A stretch of 21,943 bases of DNA from an uncultured bacterium. Its GTDB lineage: Bacteria; JAJVIF01; JAPKYR01. Both the position numbers and the translations under genes were made by a program. The stretch lies in the NCBI GenBank assembly GCA_965369865.1, contig CBDURU010000055.1:1-21943 (forward strand). The letters run 5' to 3'. Below, in pieces: positions 8,266 to 16,086 of this stretch (within the stretch, counting starts at the first letter, position 1; the number at the start of each line of letters is the position of its first letter). Under the pieces are notes generated by a model. The model had not been told where the DNA came from. It did no database searches and worked only from the letters and a program-made list of their open reading frames with translations.

Positions 8266-9359
8266 ATGTTACTGCCGCTGACAGGGATGCACTGCTGGGT
8301 TACCTGGCAGAAAGGCGCAATGCTGTTGTCGGTTATATCGAGGGTTTCGGCCTGACTCACCTCGTTGGTGAACCACACCTCAGGGATTTCCTGCTTTCAT
8401 ATCCCCTGAGGGGTGGAAAAAGCCTTCGTCCGGCACTGATCGCACTTGCAGCCGGAGCGGTTTCAGGTGAGGACCTGACCGAAAAGACCCTGCCTTTACA
8501 GGCTGCAGTAGAGCTTTACCATAACTGGACCCTGATTCACGATGACATAATCGACGAGGACGATCTTCGTCGCGGAAAACCCAGCCTTCACCGTGAAATT
8601 GAGGCGGAGGTTAAAAAGTCCGATAAAGACGAGGGGGCTGAAAAATACGGAAGGGATATCGCGATTCTTGTCGGCGATCTCATGCACGGATTCGTTAACC
8701 TTCTCAGTTTGAAGCTCGTGGACCTTAGCGTGGAACCTGAAGTGGTAATTGGAATTCAGCGGATAATGCATGCCGAACTGACCCCGGCGCTAGTCGATGG
8801 GGAAGCCAGGGATGTTAAATTCACACGCGAGAATATCGGTGATATCACCGAGGATCAGGTAATCGAAATGCTCGAGGGAAAAACGGCTGCCTTGTTTGAA
8901 TACTGCGGTACAGCAGGCGCTCTGGTCGGGTTGAATTCAAACGATCCAACCGATCCGAGAGTAAGGGCGGTTGCCGGATTTTCGAGAGCGGCCGGACTGG
9001 CGTTCCAGATACAGGATGACATACTCGGGCTTATTGGCGACCAGGAAAAACTTGGTAAGCCTCGTGGAAGCGATTTAAGGGAGGGCAAGCATACATTGCT
9101 CCTTCTGCACGCTTTCAGGGAGGGAACAGAGGCCCAGGTTGAGATTCTCAAACCATTGATCGGCAAGAGCGATATAACCCGGGATGAGGTCGATCTCGCT
9201 GAAAAGACGATGAGAGAAATCGGCACGATAGACTATGTGAATAAAATTGCCCTGGAATACGTTGAGACTGCATTGCCATTCCTTGATGAACTGGAACCGT
9301 CGCCGTCACGCGATCTGCTTGCCGGGCTGGGGCGATTCATGATTGAACGCGAGTTTTGA
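8256..9359 (+). CDS. Polyprenyl diphosphate synthase, probably short-chain (GGPP/FPP; IdsA/type I GGPPS-like)
   Basis: GGKSLRP, FARM HNWTLIHDDIIDEDDLRRG, AILVGD, GKTAALF, SARM FQIQDDILG, LGKPRGSDLREGK. Overlaps the acyl-CoA dehydrogenase gene by 10 nt. Confidence 0.93.
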   Translation: MPVNVTAADRDALLGYLAERRNAVVGYIEGFGLTHLVGEPHLRDFLLSYPLRGGKSLRPALIALAAGAVSGEDLTEKTLPLQAAVELYHNWTLIHDDIIDEDDLRRGKPSLHREIEAEVKKSDKDEGAEKYGRDIAILVGDLMHGFVNLLSLKLVDLSVEPEVVIGIQRIMHAELTPALVDGEARDVKFTRENIGDITEDQVIEMLEGKTAALFEYCGTAGALVGLNSNDPTDPRVRAVAGFSRAAGLAFQIQDDILGLIGDQEKLGKPRGSDLREGKHTLLLLHAFREGTEAQVEILKPLIGKSDITRDEVDLAEKTMREIGTIDYVNKIALEYVETALPFLDELEPSPSRDLLAGLGRFMIEREF

Positions 9360-9370
9360 GGACTTAAAAA

Positions 9371-10009
9371 ATGACGCTGGGTAACGAAAATACTCTCAAA
9401 GGCAATGATAACGGCAAGCAGACCGGATTTGTTGTCATCGTGTCAGGCGCGTCCGGGGCCGGAAAGGGTTCGGTCATCGAGGAAATGAAATCGATGCGCG
9501 ATGATTTCGTGCTTTCGATCTCCACCACAACACGTGAACCAAGGGGAGAGGGGGCCGTTGGAGAGCATTACGCCCATGTCTCAAGCGAGGATTTCCAGGA
9601 ACTTGTTTCCGAAGGGGCTTTTCTTGAATGGGCCGAAGTACACGGGAATTATTACGGCACCCGCAAGGACTGGGTCCAGGAAAAACTCAGTAATGGATGG
9701 ATTGTACTTCTAGAAATCGACGTTCAGGGAGCACTGCAGGTAATGCAGCGCAAGATTGATTATACGTCCGTATTCATAACGCCTACCGACAGGAAGGTTG
9801 CCCACGCCAGGCTCAGGGACCGGGGGACTGACTCCACCGAAGATATCGAGCGGCGAATCAGGAACTCGGAATGGGAATACGGGCAGATGAACCAGTTTGA
9901 ATATATCGTTGTCAATGAATCGGGAAAGTTAACAGAAGCCGCTGAGACCCTTTCTGTAATACTCACCGCAGAAAGTTCAAAGATGCGGCGTACGAAAATA
10001 AGGCCGTAA
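9371..10009 (+). CDS. gmk: Guanylate kinase
   Basis: P-loop SGASGAGKGS, SISTTTREPR, FLEWAEVHGNYYGT, LEIDVQGA, RLRDRGTDS. Lies upstream of rpoZ. Confidence 0.97.
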   Translation: MTLGNENTLKGNDNGKQTGFVVIVSGASGAGKGSVIEEMKSMRDDFVLSISTTTREPRGEGAVGEHYAHVSSEDFQELVSEGAFLEWAEVHGNYYGTRKDWVQEKLSNGWIVLLEIDVQGALQVMQRKIDYTSVFITPTDRKVAHARLRDRGTDSTEDIERRIRNSEWEYGQMNQFEYIVVNESGKLTEAAETLSVILTAESSKMRRTKIRP

Positions 10010-10054
10010 AGAGTTTAATTTCGTAAAAAAAAAGCAGAGGAGATTTAAAAAAGT

Positions 10055-10342
10055 ATGCGAACACCTACAATAGATGAGTTACTTGAAAAAGTCGGAAGTA
10101 TCTATGAATTAACGATGCTTGCGGCGAAGGAAGCCCGGCGTATCCGGATGCTGGATCGCGATGCCAGGGAACCTCTCCAGAAAGCCCTGGAGCATATTGC
10201 CGATGGCAAAGTAAAGGGTGAATTCCTGACCAATGAGGAAATGGAAGAATTCCTGGAGAAGGAGCTGGAACGTACCGAAGCCGCACATGCGATGCGCGAT
10301 AAAATCCTTGCACATTCAACCGATTTACCCCCACCGAAGTAG
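10055..10342 (+). CDS. rpoZ: RNA polymerase omega subunit
   Basis: PTIDELLEKVGSIYELTMLAAKEARRI...PLQKALEHIADGKV matches the omega pattern. Sits between gmk and coaBC. Confidence 0.9.
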   Translation: MRTPTIDELLEKVGSIYELTMLAAKEARRIRMLDRDAREPLQKALEHIADGKVKGEFLTNEEMEEFLEKELERTEAAHAMRDKILAHSTDLPPPK

Positions 10343-10372
10343 CAGGGGCAATCAAGTCGAATCGGAATCAAA

Positions 10373-11578
10373 ATGCCGACAGTTCTTTTTGGAATCTCTG
10401 GAAGTATTGCCGCTTACAAGGCACACGATGTTATCCGTTCTCTGGTAACCGAGGGTGTGGATGTCATCCCAATCATTTCCAAAGGCGGGGCAAAGTTTGT
10501 TACTGCCACTTCCATAGAAGCCCTTGCCGGTCGGAGATCAATGACAGAAATCTTCCCGGAGAATATCCAGCAGGAAATCGAGCATATAATGCTGGCAGGG
10601 GAAGCCGATCTTCTTGTGACCTGCCCGGCATCGGCGGATATCATCGCAAAATATGCCAATGGGATCGCCGATGATCCACTCGCGCTGATTGCCCTGGCTT
10701 TTGGTACTCCCCACCTGATCGCGCCCGCGATGAATCACCGCATGTGGGATAACCCGGCTACAAAGCAAAATGTCTCTGTACTTGAGGATCGTGGAATTAA
10801 ATTTATCGGTCCCGACAAGGGACTGATGGCCTGCGGTGAAGAGGGATGGGGACGTCTGGCGCCGCTGGATGAAATCCATGGCCATATCATGGCGGAACTT
10901 GGCGGGAACGGTCCACTGGCTGGCCGACTTGTTGTTGTTACGGCCGGTGCGACAAAAGAGCCGATCGATGTTGTCAGGTACCTTTCGAACAATTCGTCGG
11001 GTCGGATGGGTCACGCGTTAGCGGAAGCGGCCCGGGATATGGGAGCCAGGGTTATTCTTGTCACCGCTTCTGAATTAAAACCTCCCTCCGCAGTGACCGT
11101 TGAGAGGGTAATCTGTGCTGAAGAAATGCGCGAGGTTGTGATGAAGGAAGCCGAATTCGCTGACGCAGTAGTCATGGCTGCCGCTGTCGCTGATTTTGCT
11201 GCGGTTGATACTTTTAAAGGGAAAATTAAAAAAGATTCCAGCGAGAATCTTACTAACCTGGAACTGAAAAGGACGTCGGATATACTCAGTGAACTTGGAA
11301 AGAACAAGCGACAGGGGCAGGTGCTTGTTGGATTCGCGGCTGAATTCGGTGATGATGGTAAAAACGAAGCGTTGCGTAAACTAAAAGAAAAACAATGCGA
11401 CCTAATATGCCTAAATGATATATCCCGCGCCGATATCGGATTCGGATCGGAGTACAACGAAGTCACCATTCTATATCCTGATAAAACAGAGAAGAATCTG
11501 GCGAAATGCACTAAGGTTGAAATTGCTAAAAGTATTATGGCGGAAGTCTCGAGGCTTCTGGACAAAGCAGAAAAATAA
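10373..11578 (+). CDS. coaBC: Bifunctional phosphopantothenoylcysteine decarboxylase/synthetase
   Basis: GISGSIAAYKA, EHI, APAMNHRMW, MACGEEGWGRLA, TAGATKEPIDVVRYLSNNSSGRMG, AAAVADF and LVGFAAE motifs. Confidence 0.97.
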   Translation: MPTVLFGISGSIAAYKAHDVIRSLVTEGVDVIPIISKGGAKFVTATSIEALAGRRSMTEIFPENIQQEIEHIMLAGEADLLVTCPASADIIAKYANGIADDPLALIALAFGTPHLIAPAMNHRMWDNPATKQNVSVLEDRGIKFIGPDKGLMACGEEGWGRLAPLDEIHGHIMAELGGNGPLAGRLVVVTAGATKEPIDVVRYLSNNSSGRMGHALAEAARDMGARVILVTASELKPPSAVTVERVICAEEMREVVMKEAEFADAVVMAAAVADFAAVDTFKGKIKKDSSENLTNLELKRTSDILSELGKNKRQGQVLVGFAAEFGDDGKNEALRKLKEKQCDLICLNDISRADIGFGSEYNEVTILYPDKTEKNLAKCTKVEIAKSIMAEVSRLLDKAEK

Positions 11579-11657
11579 CATCGAAATAGTAATACAATTA
11601 CGAAATCAACCTCGATAGAATATGAAATTCCCGACATTGTCGGACGAGGAGCTGAAA

Positions 11658-13484
11658 ATGAAAATCACCCGAAACAGGTTAACGGTTGCAGTAGCGGGAT
11701 TGATCGCGAGTATGGCTGTACTTCTTCTCATTCCCGGTCAGGGAACCGCGCAGACGAATCCCAACTCCTTTATCTCCTATGAAGTTGCTTTCGTAAATGG
11801 GGAGATATTAACGGAGCCGGAACTCCTGTTTACAATCATCCGGATGTACGGCGAGGAAACTATATACGATCTGATCGAAGATGAAATTATCATTGGGCAG
11901 GCCGATGAAATGGGTGTTTCACTGGCCTCGAACGATGTTGTTGAGTACCTCGCAGCTACCTACACGCCAGAGAAACTTTCAGCCCTTCTGGACTCTTTCG
12001 GTGAAGGCAATCTCGAAGACGCGATCGGAACCCAGTTGCTCGCGCTCAAGGTAGTGACAAAGAAAATAGACCAGGTGGTAACCGAGCATGGGATCGAAGT
12101 GACCGGGGATCAGGTCCAGGGGTTCTATTTGAATAATCTGCCCATGTGGACAACTCCGAAGAGCGTACGTTTCAGCCTGATCGAAACAGGTGCCGAAGCC
12201 GAAGCGGTCGAGGCCAGGTTAAGGGTCGAAGCTGGTGAGGACTTCGCATCGGTGTGCCAGGAAATCAGTACTCATCCCGGAACTAAAGCGTACGGGGGGG
12301 ACATCGGCGGACTTGTTCCTGAAGGATATTCCGAAGGCGACAGGGCACTTCTTGAGACGACGGCGTTTGATCTTGAGATAGGCGATGTAAGTCGGCCGCT
12401 CCTTGTGGAGGGTAAATATTACCTCGTAATGTCGACTGAGAAAACCGATTACTATGAACCATCGCTCGAAGATATGTACGATTACATTCATGCCGGTCTG
12501 ATGGACCAGTTGGTCCAGCCGCACCTTGAAGAATGGATGATGGGTCTGTTGGCTGAAGCTGAAGAGGGAATTAATATTCTTTATCCGATCTATACCGATG
12601 ATCTCCTTGATTCTTTTTCTCCCGGAGGAGACGGGAGCTTTATTTCGGAAGTCGTGGTTAATGTTGATGACAGGGAAATCACTGAAGTGGAGTTTTTCTT
12701 CCGGCTTTTCAGGGAGTACGGAAGTGCGGCGATTGAATCGTTGATTGAGGAAATCCTGTTTGTCGAGCAGGGCCAGTCCATGGGTGTAATTGTGACCGCG
12801 GCTGAAACGCGTGAAAGCCTCCAGGGAGTTTATGATGATGAAAGCCTGAGTATCCTCGATGCCGCATTTGGGGAGACTGTCATTAATACCACCTTCCTTC
12901 GGCATCTCACCGCCCTGGATGTACTCGGAACAAAATGGCAGCAGATCATTGAAGAACACGAGATAGAAATTACAGATGAGCAGATCCTGGAATACTACCT
13001 GAATAATCTTCATCGCTGGACAAGACCCGATACTGTAAGATTTAGTATTATTATAGTTGAGGCCGAAGCTGAATCCGCCGCTGCCAGGACACGGATTGTT
13101 TCCGGTGAGAGTTTCGAAGCGGTCTGCATGGACGTCAGCCAGGATGATAACACTCGGGCCTACGGTGGTGACATAGGCGCGTCGGTTCCCCGAGGGGTCG
13201 CTACAGGTGAAAACACGATTATGCTGGAAACAGCATTCGAGCTTCCGATCGGTGGAGTATCGCAACCACTGGAGATTGGAAGTAAGTGGTTCCTGATCAA
13301 AACCACGGAGAAATCCGACGCGTATGAACCTTCACTTGCCGAGATGCGCGAGGAAATCCTCAGCAGGCTTCTTGAGGACCGAGTAACACCTTTCATAATG
13401 GGATGGCGAAGCACTATCTGGACCGAGGCGGACATTGAGGTTGTTTATCCGATATATTCCGATAATCCGTCCCCTGAATTTTAG
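11658..13484 (+). CDS. Exported PrsA/SurA-like foldase with two tandem chaperone + PpiC (parvulin) modules
   Basis: I prefer the ATG at 11658 (GAGGAG SD 6 nt upstream), which gives the signal peptide MKITRNRLTVAVAGLIASMAVLLLIPGQGTA. Parvulin motifs occur twice: GEDFASVCQEIS..GGDIG..AFDLEIGDVSRP and GESFEAVCMDVS..GGDIG..AFELPIGGVSQP. Confidence 0.85.
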   Translation: MKITRNRLTVAVAGLIASMAVLLLIPGQGTAQTNPNSFISYEVAFVNGEILTEPELLFTIIRMYGEETIYDLIEDEIIIGQADEMGVSLASNDVVEYLAATYTPEKLSALLDSFGEGNLEDAIGTQLLALKVVTKKIDQVVTEHGIEVTGDQVQGFYLNNLPMWTTPKSVRFSLIETGAEAEAVEARLRVEAGEDFASVCQEISTHPGTKAYGGDIGGLVPEGYSEGDRALLETTAFDLEIGDVSRPLLVEGKYYLVMSTEKTDYYEPSLEDMYDYIHAGLMDQLVQPHLEEWMMGLLAEAEEGINILYPIYTDDLLDSFSPGGDGSFISEVVVNVDDREITEVEFFFRLFREYGSAAIESLIEEILFVEQGQSMGVIVTAAETRESLQGVYDDESLSILDAAFGETVINTTFLRHLTALDVLGTKWQQIIEEHEIEITDEQILEYYLNNLHRWTRPDTVRFSIIIVEAEAESAAARTRIVSGESFEAVCMDVSQDDNTRAYGGDIGASVPRGVATGENTIMLETAFELPIGGVSQPLEIGSKWFLIKTTEKSDAYEPSLAEMREEILSRLLEDRVTPFIMGWRSTIWTEADIEVVYPIYSDNPSPEF

Positions 13485-13519
13485 ATAAAAAAACTTAATA
13501 GAACTGGTATCGAGAAAAA

Positions 13520-13549
13520 TTGAAATTGTGGTCTTCAATGTGCAATAAT
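13520..13549 (+). promoter_or_regulatory. Possible sigma70-type promoter for the lipoprotein gene
   Basis: TTGAAA, 18-bp spacer, then AATAAT with an upstream TG (extended -10). Confidence 0.35.
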
Positions 13550-13592
13550 TCCCGCTATTACAATTAGAATCATAATGCTGATGGGAGGCATG

Positions 13593-14129
13593 ATGAAAAA
13601 AACTTTTTTACCCCTGCTTATTCTGTTGTTAACCGCACTTTTTGTACTCACCGCAACAGGCTGTCCTTCAGACACTCCTGCCCCGGCTGGTGAGGACCCA
13701 CCGGAGCAACCCGCTGAGCTAGGTGAATCGGCCGATGTAATTCCGGAAGCGGAACCAGATGGTTCCAGGACATCGGAAGCCCTGGTTAGTACATTCGCAT
13801 TCGGACCGCTCGAAACCGTAATTGTGGATTTTTTCAGCGCCATAGGGGAATTAGATTTTGAAACAGCAAAGACATTCTGCACCGAGGAACTCTGGGAGGA
13901 AAATTTCAGTGAAATGGAAGAGATGGTAGGGATGTTCACCGAAGAGGAAATGAAAGAAATGATGGGTGACATGGAAATGGGAGAAGAGCAGGAGAACGAT
14001 CTTAAAGCTGCTGTCTCTGAATTTGACGGAGACAGTGCATCTTTAACCATCACAGATCAGGAAGGCATTGTGACTGTCTTTGAATATGTAAAACAAAATG
14101 GCGACTGGATTCTGAGCAAAATGGAATGA
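13593..14129 (+). CDS. Lipoprotein with an NTF2-like/DUF4878-like C-terminal domain and a Met-rich insert
   Basis: GGGAGG SD; the start could be 13590 or 13593. Signal peptide MKKTFLPLLILLLTALFVLTATG-C, then a Pro/Glu linker, PLETVIVDFFSAIGELDFETAKTF, and C-terminal YVKQNGDWIL. The family call is from pattern recall only. Confidence 0.75.
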   Translation: MKKTFLPLLILLLTALFVLTATGCPSDTPAPAGEDPPEQPAELGESADVIPEAEPDGSRTSEALVSTFAFGPLETVIVDFFSAIGELDFETAKTFCTEELWEENFSEMEEMVGMFTEEEMKEMMGDMEMGEEQENDLKAAVSEFDGDSASLTITDQEGIVTVFEYVKQNGDWILSKME

Positions 14130-14155
14130 TGCGGTTAAAGAAATAAAACTAAAAT

Positions 14156-14182
14156 CTCCAGGTTTGCCTGGAGTTTTTTTTT
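14156..14182 (+). terminator. Rho-independent terminator, possibly bidirectional
   Basis: CTCCAGG-TTTG-CCTGGAG followed by T9, 26 nt after the lipoprotein stop. An A-run upstream could serve the convergent gene. Confidence 0.9.
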
Positions 14183-14206
14183 ACCATAAGACCAATCTTA
14201 GATTCA

Positions 14207-14310
14207 GGGACGCCTTTCCATGCTTCCAGCGTTGAAGGTGTCCCGTGTAACTAAGAATTCATGGAGACACTTTCAATGCTGGAAGCATGGAAAAGCGTCC
14301 CCATGAATTC
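14207..14310. repeat. Inverted pair of self-complementary REP/BIME-like elements
   Basis: 14207-14242 is the reverse complement of 14266-14301 with 3 mismatches in 36 bp. Each unit is itself a hairpin, and the second is bracketed by GAATTCATGG/CCATGAATTC. Confidence 0.9.
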
Positions 14311-14354
14311 AAAGCGTCTTAATCCCGGTTGCTCCGTTCTTCCGGATGGGTTTT

Positions 14355-15785
14355 TTATTGATTCGACAGATACCCAAGGCTACGTAACATCGTGAGGGTT
14401 TCAGAGTTGAGATCGACGACATGACCACTATGTGAATCCGCGATCATCCTTTCGAGTAGGGGGGCGAGGGTTTGAAACACACTACTATTCCTGTCCACGA
14501 GATTATCGGTCTCCCCGGGATCGATCCGGATATTGAATAACTCCAAATCGTCCCCGGACTCAACCTGCCCGTCCGGAAATATTTCAACCGTCAGACGGTG
14601 AGTCCCGTCGAAGATCCCATAGGTTCTTCTACCCTCGGGAATCCGGTTCTTTCGCGATTCCTCAGTGGTTGCGTTTCCGATCGCGAAAAGGAATTCCCTT
14701 TCAACAAATTCACCCGGGATATCAGGATCAATCAGCGTGATAAGGGATTGACCATCGATATTTTCAGGCACTTGAATTCCGGCGATATCTAATAGGGTAG
14801 GGAGAATGTCAGTGATTTCAACGAGCGAATCGATTCTTTTTCCCGCCCACATGCCATCCGGGAAGTGGAAGAGCAGAGGGATGTTCAGTGCTTTTTCATA
14901 TGGATGGCCATGCGTGAAGAAATGGTGTTCTCCAAGGTTTTCGCCATGATCCGCTGTCAGGACAATCAGCGAATGATCAAGAAGCCCGGTTGTATCGAGG
15001 AGATCAAACAGCTCCCTTAATCGATCGTCAAAAGTACGGATTTCGGCATCGTAAAGATCGATCGCGTGCCTTATGTCATCCTGGCTGAAATCCAGTTCGT
15101 ACCCGTTGTATAAATCAAATTGCTCCCAGGTTCCGTTCACAATTCCATCGTAATCGGGATTGGTGAACGCGGTCATATATTCATCAGCAGGGGTGAATTC
15201 AGTATGCGGATCGAAGAAATGAAGCATCAGGAATATTGGCGGGCCTGAAATTGAGAATTCCGGTTCGGTGGGGCGGGGAGAATTTTCAAGAATTCCCGTA
15301 AGCTTCTCGATCACCCTTGTAGCGGTAATCGGGACAGGCGGTACATGCGCGTAGAAATCGAAAGCGTTCTGGAATCCGAACCGTCCGTGTATGACATTCG
15401 CAGCGGGGATCCCCCACGTATTAAAACCTGAATTTTTAAAATCCTCGGTCAGAAAATGAATGTCATCCGGGATCATCGATCCGTTCTCTATAATTCCATG
15501 GGTCGACGGGTGCAGCCCGGTCAGGAGTGATGTAAATGACGGCTCGGTTTTTGATTCGGGTGTATATGCCCTGTTGAAAACGACCGATTTCTGGGCGAGT
15601 TCATCCATAAATGGAGAAGTGTCGCGCGCGTAACCCATGAATCCAAGGTGCTGTGCGGCAAGTGTGTCGACGGCAATAACAATAATATTTTTGACATGGG
15701 GATAAGGGCCTGCCGGTCGAGAACTCTCGGAGGCGATTGTCAGGAAAGATACCAGGATGATCAGATACAGAACCCAATGCCGCAT
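14355..15785 (-). CDS. Exported sulfatase-like hydrolase/transferase (alkaline phosphatase superfamily), Thr at the nucleophile position
   Basis: Hydrophobic N-terminus; NIIVIAVDTL, VVFNRAY..KTEPSFTSLLTGLHP..HG, HFFDPH, LYDAEIRTFD, LTADHGE, DILPTLLD, DPGETDNL and C-terminal LRSLGYL. Confidence 0.9.
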   Translation of the reverse strand: MRHWVLYLIILVSFLTIASESSRPAGPYPHVKNIIVIAVDTLAAQHLGFMGYARDTSPFMDELAQKSVVFNRAYTPESKTEPSFTSLLTGLHPSTHGIIENGSMIPDDIHFLTEDFKNSGFNTWGIPAANVIHGRFGFQNAFDFYAHVPPVPITATRVIEKLTGILENSPRPTEPEFSISGPPIFLMLHFFDPHTEFTPADEYMTAFTNPDYDGIVNGTWEQFDLYNGYELDFSQDDIRHAIDLYDAEIRTFDDRLRELFDLLDTTGLLDHSLIVLTADHGENLGEHHFFTHGHPYEKALNIPLLFHFPDGMWAGKRIDSLVEITDILPTLLDIAGIQVPENIDGQSLITLIDPDIPGEFVEREFLFAIGNATTEESRKNRIPEGRRTYGIFDGTHRLTVEIFPDGQVESGDDLELFNIRIDPGETDNLVDRNSSVFQTLAPLLERMIADSHSGHVVDLNSETLTMLRSLGYLSNQ

Positions 15786-16086
15786 GTCTGCACCCAGGCA
15801 ACTTGAGAAATGAAATCATATACAGGTAAAACCAAGTAAATTGTGATTAAATAAAATCCCTGTCTGTTCACTATGAATTTTAAACCATGAATGCCGATCT
15901 TTCAAGGACGCAAGGACATTTATAACCATATCTAAATACGATTGATGGTGAGTTTTTTTAATGTATTTCCGAAATTCCGTTTACTGCTTATCAACCTGTT
16001 CCCTGGATTTGCAATCCTATATTATTGTGAAATTGAATCGTTTAATAGGAAGTCCGGATTATTCCGGTTATAATCCTTCCTGCCAA

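Noticed and set aside
12219..13265. 348-aa antisense ORF, plus other long minus-strand ORFs (1991-2602, 3310-4041, 4675-5286, 11011-11637, 13535-14053)
   Set aside because: They lie opposite well-supported genes, have Ser/Phe/Ile-biased shadow composition, and show no recognisable motifs.
15601..15819. Minus-strand 72-aa ORF as a frameshifted true N-terminus of the sulfatase-like gene
   Set aside because: The ATG at 15785 already gives a plausible signal peptide and a complete domain, so no frameshift is needed.
15961..16086. N-terminal extension of TPR paralog 1, and similar extensions at 11622, 13575, 17660 and 19303
   Set aside because: The downstream ATGs place signal peptides at the N-terminus and mostly have SD sequences. 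The extensions look like longest-ORF artefacts.
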